A stretch of 37,033 bases of DNA, taken from assembly GCF_001194135.2 (NCBI RefSeq), contig NC_068999.1, positions 28,979,643 through 29,016,675 on the forward strand. Reading direction: 5' to 3'. Each line of letters starts with the position of its first letter. The first letter of the stretch is position 1. This DNA is from Octopus bimaculoides. Its lineage: Eukaryota. Shown here one piece after another: positions 1 to 12,540 of the stretch. The translations under genes were made by a program, and so were the position numbers. The notes beneath the pieces are model-generated. The model searched no databases. It was not told the DNA's origin and saw only the letters and a program-made list of their open reading frames with translations.

Positions 1-71
1 GAGGGAAGGCGATAACTTGAGTGAGGTAGAGAAAAGAAATACATAAATACATACATATATATATATATATA

Positions 72-365
72 TCATCATCATCATCGTCGTCGTTTAACGT
101 CCGCTTTCCATGCTAGCATGGGTTGGACGATTTGACTGAGGACTGGTGAACCAGATGGCTACACCAGGCTCCAATCTGATTTGGCAGAGTTTCTACATCT
201 GGATGCCCTTCCTAGCGCCAACCACTCAGAGAGTGTAGTGGGTGCTTTTATGTGCCACCGGCACGAAGGCCAGTCAGGAGGTACTGGCAACAGCCACGCT
301 CGAAATGGTGTATTTTACGTGCCACCTGCACAGGAGCCAGTCCAGCGGTACTGGCAATGAATTCG
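72..365 (-). mobile_element. RTE-LINE 3' tail copy (truncated LINE or tail-sharing SINE)
   Basis: Reverse complement of the 3' end of the RTE at 14630-16375 (ggatgcccttcctagcgccaaccactc; catgctagcatggg; (CAT)n tail); retains many CpGs. Confidence 0.75.
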
Positions 366-439
366 CTCGAATGTCTTGTATATATACAAATATATTTATA
401 TACATATATATGTGAGGTGGTCAAGGATGTGGTTTATAG

Positions 440-690
440 CAAAAAACTCACATAGTCTTACATTTGTTAAGGGAGTGCAGAAAGAACTGAATTTTCGAAT
501 AGCTGAAGTAAGCATTCCAACAGTTGCAGAAGAACCCTTCAAGAGCTTGGGCCGAATATATACTGGAACATTGTCAGATAGGGATCTCGGAATAGAAATT
601 ATGAAACAAGTTGAGGTTGGATTTTCAGCGATTGATAACTCAAAATTACTAGGTAAACATAAAATCCGGTGCTTACAATTTGGCTCAAGA
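440..690 (+). mobile_element. Decayed RT/thumb fragment of an RLE-type non-LTR retrotransposon (HERO/NeSL-like)
   Basis: IPTVAEEPFKSLGRIYTGTLSD...AIDNSKLLGKHKIRCLQFG resembles the IPT..EKPVKSLG....LKD...IDKSGLPGKFK.W..Q.G pattern recalled for these elements. Confidence 0.55.
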
Positions 691-714
691 AACATGCATA
701 AATACACACACATA

Positions 715-795
715 CACTATGGGCTTGCTTCAGTTTCTGTGAACCAAATCCACTCACAAGCCTTTGGTTGGCCCAAGGCTACAGAAGAAGACAGT
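715..795 (-). mobile_element. tRNA-derived SINE fragment
   Basis: cagtttctgtgaaccaaatccactcacaagcctttggttggcccaaggct matches the copy at 4700-4862 (cagtttctatcagctagatttactcacaaggccttgattggcctgggact). Confidence 0.55.
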
Positions 796-1516
796 TTAAT
801 GAACCATTACAAGTTAACACCCATGAGAAACACATGAGCAAAGAGGGAATTACAGAGGGCTGATATTCTAAGGAAAGACTCTGTGTTCTGATTAATTCTG
901 GGTCTGTGGTGGTGATGATACACAAAAGAGAGATAAGAGGATGAGAGACAAGTGGGTCAGGGATACCTGAGTGGATGTGGTGTGTGCCCAGGAGGTTTGA
1001 AATGTAAAGGTCATCATAGTAACAGAGTATCCAAAAAGTAAAAGAAAAAAGAGAATACATAAAACTACACAATTTCCAGTAAACAATACTAATTATTGAC
1101 ACACATCCCAAAAATACATGTAAATGAATAAGGGTGTGGTAGATGAAATCAAAGGATATTTTCAATTTTTATTGTTAGTTCCAATGTAGCAAGAAATCTT
1201 ATATGGTTGTTTAATTAAATAGTTTAGCCATTTTTAACCTCCCCATACTCTCAAGTGAAATCATATTTTATAGTGAGAATAAAATTTTACCTGATAAGTA
1301 ATATATGACCCTATGACGAGATAAGGCATAGGTAAATATTATCTTACTTGGAAACAAGCAAGGGTTGGCAGCAGGAAGCATGTCCAGTCATAGAAAATGT
1401 AATGCAATAAATTCCATCTGATCCATATAGACATGGAAAAGTGGAAGATAAAACAATGATAATATAGTACTTTCTGCATTTTCAGTCCCATCTTTTCAAA
1501 GATTTCATCACCATGG

Positions 1517-1562
1517 CACAGGCATGGCTGTGTGGTAAGAAGTTTGCTTCCCATCCACATGT
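1517..1562 (+). mobile_element. tRNA-derived SINE head fragment
   Basis: ggcatggctgtgtggtaagaagtttgcttccc matches the reverse complement of 4830-4862; A-box-like. Confidence 0.45.
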
Positions 1563-2317
1563 ATGTGTATGTGTGTGCTCCTCATGTATACACAGTTTCA
1601 TTCTTACATAACTAAAATTTTAAGATATATTGTTTTTATAAATGACAATATTACTCCTCTTATAACTTTCTCATACATCTGTTTACATTTTATATAATAT
1701 GAATAATATAATGCATATAATAATAATAATTGGTTCATTTGTATGCATATACAGGCATTTATGTATGTACATTTAAGTATATATATGTGAGTATTTATAA
1801 CTTAACCTTATGTACTTTATAAAATCTCTGACGAAGCCTAGAGAAACAACCAAGTACCTCAGTTTCATCTACTAATTACTTCAGTCTACTGGAGTGATAA
1901 ATGTAGAATGAAACAGCTGTAAGATATTATCCCAATTTCTATTACTATATGTTATATTTTTATAATTACTGATATTTTATATTTTGCATTTTATATATTA
2001 TATATGTACGACATAATATGTCATATATGTATGTATATTGTTATAATTGTCCTTTTAGTAAATGAATAAATAAATTGGCATAATATAATATCTATAAGTT
2101 GATGAATACCACCTATTAATCCCCTCCATTTTCTTATTGCTCTATAAATTAATGGTAAAATAACTTTTTACCCTCACCCATTTATTACACTTGGTAATGT
2201 AATTGTCATGCAATGAAAAAACACTTGTGTAATAATAATTGGGTATTCTACCAGCAGTATATTGGACAGATATTATCCCTTAGTGGGTTGGATTCACAAC
2301 CTCTAACTTTCTTTCTT

Positions 2318-2319
<2 letters not shown>

Positions 2320-2379
<60 letters not shown>
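2320..2379. repeat. (AT)30 microsatellite
   Basis: Perfect dinucleotide run. Confidence 0.98.
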
Positions 2380-2382
<3 letters not shown>

Positions 2383-2552
2383 CCACTACACTCTCTGAGT
2401 GGTTGGCGTTAGGAAGGGCATCCAGCTGTAGAAACTCTGCCAAATTAGACTGGAGCCTGGTGTTTCCATCCGGTTTCACCAGTCCTCAGTCAAATCGTCC
2501 AACCCATGCTAGCATGGAAAGTGGACGTTAAACGATGATGATGATGATGATG

Positions 2553-2554
<2 letters not shown>
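2380..2554 (+). mobile_element. RTE-LINE 3' tail copy ending in (GAT)n
   Basis: Close match to 16207-16375 (gagtggttggcgttaggaagggcatccagctg...ggacgttaaacgatgatgatg). Confidence 0.8.
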
Positions 2555-2588
<34 letters not shown>

Positions 2589-2594
2589 TTGTGT

Positions 2595-2740
2595 CCCCAT
2601 AACATTTCGGCAAAAGAAACTGATAGGATAAGTACCAATTTTTTTTTTTAAAGTATAGGGGGCAATTCATTTGACTAAAAATTCAAGGCGGTGTTCCAGC
2701 ATGGCTACAGTGTAGTGACTGATATAAGTAAAAGATAAAA
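2595..2740 (+). mobile_element. Probable SINE 3' portion
   Basis: gataggataagtacca...ttcaaggcggtgttccagcatggctacag...aagtaaaagataaaa resembles a common octopus SINE tail; recognition only. Confidence 0.4.
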
Positions 2741-2985
2741 TATTCAAGCAGAGAGAATTCTGTAATATATTTATATGCACAGAAGGACTATAAAATTTCA
2801 GCTAAATTAAGGTTGAGACTGGCTCAGAATAATTAAAATCATAATTCCTTTCAAATAACAATACTGTTAATCAAAAATTTGTTTAGCTTCTTAAAAAATC
2901 ATCAAAACTTGTGGCTGTAATTCTATATAAAGTATTAGGAAGAAAAAAAATGAGTATCCAAAACAGAATTAGTAATCAATCCTAC

Positions 2986-3183
2986 CTTATTAATTAAATG
3001 TTCAGTTACTACCTCACGTAGACCTGTATAGAGTTTTTCTCCATGTTTGTGTAACACCATTGTATAAGCATTACGATAAAGTTCTTCAAAACTAAGTCCA
3101 CTGTTGTTTTTTTTCTGTATTTCCTGTATAGCATTTCGTAACAATGTCCAAATACTATTAACATACTTCTCATCCATTGTCAT
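2986..3183 (-). CDS. CUL3: Cullin-3, second coding exon
   Basis: Translates [66 protein letters not shown], nearly identical to the human CUL3 N-terminus; acceptor ctttctcattacag| and donor AAG|gtagg; 198 nt, phase 0. Confidence 0.97.
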
Positions 3184-4158
3184 CTGTAATGAGAAAGATG
3201 TATACAATGTAAAAACAAATTAATCTTTAAAAACCATTCCTTTGATAAATTTGACTGAAAAACTGCACATAAAACTAGATACCATAGCTACTATTGTAAG
3301 AACACTGATTTAAATCAAGCATGTAACATGTTCAAATTCTTCTCAGTCAAATTAAAGAATACCATCAACCTGAATGTGTTGAAGATATGATTACAAACAA
3401 TACATTTTTGAGATATCTATAAAAGAAATGCCCAAGAATAAATACCTATCTTACTCTTAGCAAGCAGTTAATTCAACTAGTGGATGGATATATATATATA
3501 TATATATATCAACTTTATCAACTGCAATATAAGCTTGATTTCAATTTTAAAACAAGATAAATAAATATTCAATGTGGCACCTAAAGATGATCATTTAAAA
3601 TAACTATTGAACTGTCACTACAAACAAATATTACAGCATACTTTTACATCCATTTTTCTTACCAAATAAAAACTGGATGCTAACAAAACCATGTCAATTT
3701 GACAGTAACTATCAGTCTTCCTTAATCTTGACTTTGAGACAGTTTAGCACTATCAATTCTTTGTTCTCGGGAGTAAGTGCCAATCACTTGAAAAACAAAT
3801 ACTTTATATTACAATCTGGCCACATTAATGCACTTCAAGTAACCAATATGATCATTTTTATTGAATAAACAACCCCATTTATACCAAATAACGTTTTCTG
3901 ATTTAGACTTTTGCAGAGCAGGCCAGTTAATTATGAAACAATCATTCTTATTTTCATCACAGTACATAGGTTTATGACCATAGTTTTGAAAGCCATTTCA
4001 TTGTGAAACCAATGAATGAAAAAATTTAAACCACAAACTTGAATATATAAAAAGAAGCTGATACACTAAAAACTAAGTGACATTTCTAGCAGACTAGACT
4101 AAAACCACAAATTTACTGAAAGTATATAGTAAATATAGCTATATAATAATCATTTTAA

Positions 4159-4369
4159 CCCTTTAGCATTTAAACCGGCCAAAAGTATTCTGCCCGTTTT
4201 GTGTTCAAACTAGCCAGATCTGGTCTCTCACACCAACCCTACAATATTGTTTTAAAAATTAACAGCTACCTCATCAAAATCTCATAGCTACAAGATAATG
4301 CATGATTAGTTCAAAACAATGTGGATGAAAAAGCATTAATTTTGGCAGAATAATGTGAACACTAAAGGG
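4159..4369. mobile_element. piggyBac-like MITE
   Basis: TTAA|CCCTTTAG ... CTAAAGGG|TTAA: TTAA on both sides (4155-4158, 4370-4373), 8-bp perfect terminal inverted repeats, 211 bp, non-coding. Confidence 0.8.
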
Positions 4370-4404
4370 TTAATGTCAGCTTTTCAATACTTGTATGGAT
4401 CAGA

Positions 4405-4462
4405 AGAGTGTATCAAGTCAGAGTTTCTACAGCTAGATGCTCTTCCAGGCACCAACTCGCAC
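4405..4462 (-). mobile_element. Short RTE-tail remnant
   Basis: cagagtttctacagctagatgctcttccaggcaccaactc matches 186-226. Confidence 0.55.
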
Positions 4463-4699
4463 CTAGCAAGGTAACAATCTCCCAGTCTAATGAACATTGT
4501 TGCACAGAAAACTGGAAACAAATGACACAAAAGAACAAACCTTTTGTTTACAAAGACTGCTCAATCTGTCAAGACATGTCAAGAAGTCTAGGCATACTTT
4601 TGTGATAAATTGCAAGTAGATACTATTTGTATGAACAGAGAGACCTTTGTTTACAATCAATCAACACACAAAGATGAAGGTGGGGGGAAATATGTACTC

Positions 4700-4862
4700 A
4701 AACACATACACGAGAGGTTTCTTTCAGTTTCTATCAGCTAGATTTACTCACAAGGCCTTGATTGGCCTGGGACTACAGCAGATGTTTACCCAAGATGCCA
4801 CAGAGCTACCGAACCTGAAACCACACAGTTGGGAAGCAAACTCCTTAACCACAAAACCATGT
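4700..4862 (-). mobile_element. Degenerate tRNA-derived SINE
   Basis: Minus strand begins catggttttgtggttaaggagtttgcttcccaactgtgtggtttcaggttcgg (tRNA-like head with A/B-box-like motifs); shares body with 715-795. Confidence 0.65.
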
Positions 4863-5559
4863 TTGTACCTGTAATTTGTATGCATGTGTGTATGTATATA
4901 TGTATGTGTTTATACAACATATGGACACAGGCATCTGTCATATTATGATTACTTCAAGTTAGAGGATTTTGTGCTTACAGAAATTGTAGAATATGACCAC
5001 AAATTTTGAGATGTGGTCTGTAATTTTGCCCTTATGGAAACTCAAATGAATCTTAAGAATTTAAAAGATACGCTTTATTTTTAGCAATAAAAGTTGGCAT
5101 TTTATCTGAGATTATAGCTAACAATCTGAAAAACTATAATCATGACATGTGAGTGTGCACGCACGCAAGTTTTTCTATATAATTTCTTGTGTAAAGAGGA
5201 GTATCTATGAACGTCTATAAATCAACATTCACCACCATCACAAACAATAATCACCAACACCAAAGCCAATACAACCCGCCAACTCTTTAAATGACCACCA
5301 ACAATAGCAACAATACTGTGAATAAACTAAGAAACTGTCTAAAATAAAAGATAATCTAATGAGATAATGTAATTTTAATCTTAGGTCATTGAGACAGCAG
5401 CAACAATAGTAGTATCAGCATGTCAGCCATAAGTCAGAAGTGTAAGGTGCAATGTGCCCATGAATCTGGTAACCCTTTAATTAACTTAATCATACAGTGC
5501 TTCCTCCCAACTCTCACTCCTTCACCTTTTTATTTTCTCATTTCCATTGGAATAAGACA

Positions 5560-6010
5560 ATTTTTTACTCACACAAAACAGAACTTTCTTTGAATTTACA
5601 TACCATTCAAGATGTCTGGAAACAAACCAAGAAAGGCAGAGATGCAAAAGGGAACCATAAAGGAATTACATTGGGTATTGGTACTTGGAAAAATATATAG
5701 CCAGACTGTAACACTGACTTTACAAGTTTTCCATCAGCCTATATCAAATTCAGAAAGATATTGTGGTACTTGCAAATGGTATAGTGTTTGAAGACAATGT
5801 GATAGGCTAGCGTCCCATAAAGAAAGTTTAATGAGGAGTTGATGCTGTCAGAATAAGAGCAATCTTCTAATACTGATGAGAATATGAAATTATAAGAAGA
5901 GTTTACAAAGAATTTTGGATGTTTTTCATTTATCAGGATGTTGATAAATTATAAGACAGAAGATATACATCCTCCCAATAGCTCACATTTTCCAACCACC
6001 TCTCACACAT
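5560..6010 (-). mobile_element. Possible highly decayed CR1/L2-type RT remnant
   Basis: Minus-strand LYGTLAYH...IFLNLI*A weakly echoes STGDLLAY...IALDISKAF; many stops; weak. Confidence 0.25.
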
Positions 6011-6479
6011 CAGACATTTTTGTGATAAGAACATACCCTATTATGATATTATTTATTCCCTAATGTATTTCACTTCAAATGTTTTTGTGTATACATATTG
6101 TACTGTTTAAGTTTAGAAATTGCAATTTTCATGTATAGAAGTGGTTGTATTGTTTGTTTTCTTGTGGGAGGAGGCTTTTTTCAAAGAAATCTATCACTCT
6201 ATAGTATGAAAATCTATGGGAAAATTAATTTTGCTTTATGAGATTTCACTTTAACCAAGATTTTTAGGAATATATTACTCCTTTAACACAAGGAATTCAT
6301 AGCTATTATATCTTGCAGCTCCTACTGATCTTTTTCTCTTGCTCTCTTTCCCCGACCCTACTAGATGTGTGTAGCCATAGTTACTCTACAAAAACCTGCT
6401 CTGACTCAACCTTTCTCATAGTTTAATCTTCTTGTCCCTCCACCACTTCTCACAGTCAGTAGTCCTGCTAGCAGCACAG

Positions 6480-6660
6480 TGACTTCAATAACGAATGTGG
6501 CATGAAAAAAGCACCTAGTGAAGTGGTTGGTGTTAGGAAGGGCATCCAGCCATAGAAACCATGCCAAACTAAACATTGGAACATGATGCAGTCCTTAGAG
6601 TCATTGGATGCTGTCAAACTATCCAACCCATTCTAGCATGGAACATGGGCATTAATGATT
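6480..6660 (+). mobile_element. Older RTE-tail copy
   Basis: gtggttggtgttaggaagggcatccagcc...gtcaaactatccaacccattctagcatggaa. Confidence 0.7.
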
Positions 6661-6819
6661 ATTTATGTGATAGACTTCTACAATTTTCTGTTCAGAAAGT
6701 TTATTCAAAAGGCAGTGGCCAATCCCTTTCTATAAAAAGAGATACTTGTCCAGAGATTTCAAATCAAGAGAAGTAGGAAGAGATGTGATGCTTGTCAACT
6801 GATCACAGTTCTCCTAGAT

Positions 6820-7090
6820 CTTGCCCAATAAGAACTGCCTTCAAGTTAATAACAAAGGACACACATATACATTTGTATTTGATGTCCTTGTGCACCGCAC
6901 AGTGGACTCTCCTACATTGAGCTGTTCGACAAAGGCTCTCATTGACACCCTTGGGTTGTCAGCAACAACCACGTGGATATGCTGGATGAACTTAGGCATC
7001 CTGATAACATTTGATGGTTGAGTAACTATCTCTTCAGCACAGATGATATATTCCCACCAGCCCTTTCCTGATCCTGAAAACAAAGGACCA
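6820..7090 (-). pseudogene. Tc1/mariner transposase remnant (N-terminal HTH region)
   Basis: VIRMPKFIQHIHVVVADNPRVSMRAFVEQLNVGESTVR, then after a frameshift VHKDIKYK...RQFL, matching the TIRTPEFIQQVQ..IDENP.KSMRA.A..L.VSE.TIRR.VHEDI.YKSY...RGQF pattern of DD37D/maT-like transposases. Confidence 0.65.
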
Positions 7091-8049
7091 GGCCACATTA
7101 AAAATATTGGTGATTTTCAAGATGCAATGGCTGGAAGCTATGGTCACAAACACCTCATAATTGTGTAACAAACCTTTTGCCTAATAAGGTCAACTCACAT
7201 TCTATGTGATGTGTGTGTTTGAATATGCAAACATAAGAGCAAGAGAAATTGTAATGAAACTACTGCTTACTTGAATTAATAAAGATCTCATATCAAGTTA
7301 ATCTGATAAATGAAATAGGCAGTAATGTATTCTCAATATAATTAAGCCCAAGTCAACCTGATCAAAAAATGTTTTAACTGTAACTGATCTATTTTCAGAC
7401 ATATGCAATGTGTTCCCTTTTTGAAAGCAGAATGTCTCATACATTCATACATGAAAAGGAATTGGAAAACTTTTGCTTAAGCCAAAAGGAAAATAATTTT
7501 ACTCTTTGTGAAAAGAAATGACAGTAAAAGCTATATGATGAGAAAATCTAAAAAAATAGGCAATTCAATGTAACTTAAAGTTGAAGTGTTGAAACATTTT
7601 GAAGACCTGTGCAAGACCTGTAAAGCTGAAAATAGCTAATGTGATAAAGCTATATAAATAGTAGTTATCCAACTTTTGAAATAAATGGGGTTTTTTTAAA
7701 AGAATGTTTGATGCAAGTTATATATTTTACTTAAATAATTCATAATTATATGTCAAAGGAACTATTTATATGCTGTTTATTCTTCGAATATTTTATCAAT
7801 GTTAGTTCCTTCTCATCACATTTTATTCAAATATTAAACGGTTACTAGACTAAAGGTTTTTGATTTAATTTATGCTATGATTTGATCTCTATATCTGCCA
7901 ATCATCAAGAACAAGGAATTGAAGGAAATTGACAAATTATACTTTACCATCTCACAATATTCAAATAAACATGTATAATCCATTTGGATTATATAACCAT
8001 CAATACAATAAACTTACTTGAACAAAGCCAACAAAGCAATGTGCATATG

Positions 8050-8680
8050 TGAAAACCTGGGCAAGATTTTTGATGAAGGCCAGGAGTTGCCCATGCATGT
8101 CTTCCCTCAACGACACTGTTTATCGAAGGGAAAAGCCATTGGACTTGGGCTGATACAGCTTGGTAATAGTGTCACTTGTAGACAATGCTGTCAGAACACA
8201 AAGGTTCAGACATCTTGCTTGACTTTCTGACAATTTCACTAATCCATTGCTTGGACTGGTATTTTTTTAAAAATCAAGTCTATAAGGATGAAAGATAAAG
8301 TTGACTTTGGTAGGATATTGTGCGGTATAAAAAAGCAAATGTCAAATTTTTTTTATTCCTGAGTCATAACAAAAGGCAGCATCCAGACCCATTATAGAAC
8401 TTGATACTGGTGGTAAAAGGAAGAAACTATCTTCAAACTGGAAACCAGACCTAAATGTTTACAATAGAGTGGCTCAGATGACTAAATGCATCTCCTAAAT
8501 AAGCTACAGCAGGATTTGAATCCAGAATGCAAAGAGTCAGAACAAATATTGCAAAGCATCTCATTTGACACTTAAACTATTCTGATATTACTGGTACTCT
8601 ATTGATGAAAAGCAAAGTTGACCATAATGGGATTTGAACTCAGAATGTAAGAGGCCAGAATAAATACTGCAAGGGGTTAG
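8050..8680 (-). mobile_element. Cluster of degenerate SINE remnants
   Basis: actggta...ggatgaaagataaagttgac (8255-8310) and actggtac...gatgaaaagcaaagttgacc...ggatttgaactcagaatgta (8590-8648) match the core of the intact SINE at 32056-32284. Confidence 0.6.
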
Positions 8681-9659
8681 CATAAATACAAGGAGCTAGA
8701 ATGAATACCTTTAATGATCAAGCCTTTTCTATAACAGGCACTCAGATTGTTTTTCAAGTTAAACATCTAAAGCTCAGTCTTCAGTATCCATTTCAGATTC
8801 TTCTTTCCTATTCATCATTTAAAAAAAAGAAAAATCATCTCACCACCAAAACACTAACACCCTAAACTTCCCTCACATTATATCACCATTAACTTCTTCA
8901 TGTTAAATCATGTCAAGTAACAGAAACTATTACTTTTACAGAAAATTATGATTTTACCATTCTTTACTACTTAGGCTGTTAGTTTTGCCGAGGAATATTC
9001 TACTTTATTAAAATATTTCTTGATATATGAGTCACACTGCACATCATGTGGACCCATTGATTACATCACCTATATAGTTATTCTTACCTAATCCTTTATA
9101 GTGCAGAGGGTCTTTTGCCTGATGTTAATCTTCAGAAATTCTTGCTGCCAATTGTAATGTAGATTTTACTATGACTGCATTAAGCCTTTTCATTCAATTT
9201 TCAAACTTTTTATGCTAATAATTCTTTAAAATATCAGAAATATATTTCACAAAAACTTACCTTAATTTGCTTAATAAATTAAATGCTTAAAGAAACTGCC
9301 ATATTAAAACAAAATTTAAGCTCTTAATAAAAATCTACACTTGTAATATCTTTTTCAAAAATTCTATTAAATTATAGATGAAAAGACTAATTTTGAAGAA
9401 ATAATTTAACTCAAAGCATACTGTTATATAAAAATTTATATGTTAGTTGTTTTTTTTTTTTATTGTTGTCAACAAAAGAGCCCAATTGTTAACCAATCAA
9501 AATCCCTAAGTTCAACAAATTCGATAGCCTAAGATGTTTTTTGATTAAACATCTGATAAAGATACAAATTTTATTTATTGTGAATTGAGCAAAAGTACAG
9601 ATGAGCTAAGACGCAAGACTCAAACAAAATCAAGTATAACTTAATTGTTTTCGACCACT

Positions 9660-9705
9660 ATCATCATCATTATCTTGCAACACGCTTTTCATGCTAGCAT
9701 GAGTT
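9660..9705 (-). mobile_element. RTE-tail terminal remnant
   Basis: tcatcatcattatc...cgcttttcatgctagcatgagtt resembles 72-125. Confidence 0.45.
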
Positions 9706-11642
9706 ACGCGGGCGGGTCTGCTATACAATTTAGCTGGTTTTCTAGTTACAGCAATTCATTTTTCTTGGCAGATCGGCCAACTACTGTTAAATTGCTAAAG
9801 TATTTTAAGAGATTTCCGTTCTAATACCAGAATGATCAGTATGGTGGTAATACTAATAAACGATATGAAAAGTAGGGAGCTGAACGTCATACATGAACAG
9901 TTAGTAAGATGCTAAATGCAGTTTATCCTTGAAGTATTTACCTATGTAATAAATGATTGACATGGCTAATTCATGTCAGCAAATGACATTTTGTTTTTCA
10001 AGTCATAAAGTATGTAAACATTGAATTTGTAAATCTATATAAACCTATTGCAAACATATTTACTAGGACTAACGTCGTCATCTTTGTATGGTATTTAAAA
10101 GAAAAGGGCCGAAATTCTGCATTTTTTTTTTTAATAAACAAATAATTTGAATGTATTGCGATTACAAATTTCTTACTTAATGACATTCTATTATCAATGA
10201 TCTCAAACAAGGAGGGAATTTGATCCAACAGATATGAATGAAAATTGAGCCTGGTTCTCTCAAAACGTTGACTGCTACTTATTCACTGCAGTAGTAGCCT
10301 CAAGACTTTATATGGTGAAGTTGAGACATAAACAAAAAATCGATTTTTAAACTACCTATTGTATACGAAAAAAAAAGCCTCCAAAGTTACACAATGAAAA
10401 CGAATAAAACAATATTAACAAAAGGACTAATCAACGTGTATATTAATTATTTACAATTTACAAGAAATGTTCTTCATTCAATATGAGATTCTTTAAATTT
10501 AAAAGTTCACTAAATCTGCAAAATACAATTACAAGAAACACGAGCAAAATATTCTTTGTAAATATTACAAATTTCAGACATTTTCAATACAGCAACAAGA
10601 CTTGGGGGGGGGGGATCGAAACTTACTGTACTTGAAATGATTTCACTATACAAAACCAATAAGAGATTGTCCATATTAACTGAATTAACCGATAATTGTT
10701 TTATCAACCTAAACCAAATTTGAAATCACAGGAGCAAAATAATGAACTAGTAATTGTAATGATAGTTCCATAAGAATAAAAAAATGCAAATAAAATTGTT
10801 ATAGAAACATGCATATAATTATTCATTTCAGAAAAATATTTAAATATGTGGCAATAAGAAATATTTTCGATGTTTTGTCACGTAACTATTTTATTAAAAA
10901 AAAAATAATAAACAGGTGCGCCACAATGTATGGTAAGGAATAATAAATATATATAGGTCTGTATGTATGCGTATCTATTTCATATAAGGGTGAGAGATAG
11001 CAGGACACTGACAAATTGAAGAAAACATACTTTATTATTAAGTTATATTACCAATAAATTTATAAAATTTATTCGATGATAATGAAATATATACAAGGAC
11101 ATTATTTTCAATTTTATTAAATGTTTTTTTTACATATGTATCATTTTCATAACATTTATAATATATGTATATAGAAAAGAAACTTTCAATGAAATAAAAA
11201 AATTATTCCATAACAAATTTCAAAAATCATCTAATTTCTCAGTTGATGTCAATAAAAACAGGCTCAATTGTGATTATCTCAGCTTGTAAATATGATAGTA
11301 TACTAGACAGTTCGTAGTGGCACAATTTAAATTTAGTTAGATCTAAGAATCTTTAACACGGGTAAATACTTCTATTTTTTAAAAGGCGAATTTTGTAGAG
11401 CAAATAAAAGTCTTTCAACGAATAAATGAATCTAAAAGTGCAGACTGCTATGGTTACAGAAGTCTTTCCAAGACTTACTTTAACCCGCCATTTTGAATAT
11501 TTTTCTATTTTATACATGTACTGCTACATTAGAAAATACAGTCTCGTGAAAATTATACTGATTACAACAAAAACATAACTTGATTGCATTTATGATAATT
11601 CAGCATGTAATTTTACAAAATCAAGAATAATGCAATACTTAC

Positions 11643-11702
11643 AGGAAAGGCCCTAATGCGCATCTTCGTGTCTCTCTTATGGGTTCTTAAACCGCCACTC
11701 AT
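11643..11702 (-). CDS. CUL3: Cullin-3, first coding exon
   Basis: ATG AGT GGC GGT TTA AGA ACC CAT AAG AGA GAC ACG AAG ATG CGC ATT AGG GCC TTT CCT|gtaagt = MSGGLRTHKRDTKMRIRAFP; DTKMRIRAFP matches human CUL3; consensus donor; joins in frame to 3183 across an 8459-nt intron. Confidence 0.95.
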
Positions 11703-12540
11703 CGCGAATGTCCTTAAAGTTGCAAGTCAAAACAGATATTTAATGAAATTATCAGCAAAATAAGGCTGCAGAGAGTATAAAAATTGAACCAAATCGCGAT
11801 CACCTTTAATATCTTTAAGAAACAAATGTATTATGTCTATTTGTTATACATGTATATACATACATTAAAGGTGTAATATTTTTATGGATGTGTATATGTT
11901 TAAATACTCAAGTCATGCAAAAAGACTTGATGAAAAATGTTTTTTCCATTCAAAGAATGCTGTTTGAGAAAAAGAGTTAGCAATTTTTAGGAATATGTAA
12001 TATGTAAAATAATTCCAGATAAAGGATAAAATGTGTTTGTGTTCGAGTGAGATATAGTGCTGTCTTGTTTCCTTTCCGTGGTTTACGCTTTTAAAAGGAA
12101 TTCGTCGGTTACAATGTCAATATTTGCCGACACTTGAATATTCTAAACAAGGAGAAAAATCTATTATGTTTGCCAAGAGTGAATCAATTGTCGCTGGATG
12201 AAACATTCCTTTTTCATGGTGACCTACGAATCATCTTGTGTTCTTCGACACTCACCAACCTAACCTGCTTCTTTTCGCCAACGATTAACGTAGTAAACAA
12301 CCGCTTCAAAAAATAGTCCCCTCTTCTAGGATGCTATCACACAAGTTTACAAGGAAATTTATTATAAATTTATACCAAGAGGTAGATAATACCAATCTAT
12401 CAACTATCGGAAATGTATTATTATAAACTAAACTTGATGTTGTCGAACTGGCACTATATAGTATTTTTATCAGCAACAGTTTTTGATTGTCAACGCCCAA
12501 GGAAATTCAGCTTTACCGTTTATTTTAGGAAAATCTAGTA
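11703..12540 (-). promoter_or_regulatory. Cullin-3 5'UTR/promoter region
   Basis: Directly upstream of the ATG; CpG-retaining; candidate acceptor at 11766-11767 and donor gtgagt at 12255-12250; TSS not determinable. Confidence 0.5.

Noticed and set aside
376-837. 153-aa ORF as a gene
   Set aside because: Chimera of AT microsatellite, retroelement fragment and an antisense SINE piece inside a CUL3 intron.
1-2985. Third CUL3 coding exon (VREDVL...)
   Set aside because: Not found by eye on the minus strand; presumably left of the window.
10604-10614. G11 homopolymer in intron 1
   Set aside because: Isolated run with no supporting context.
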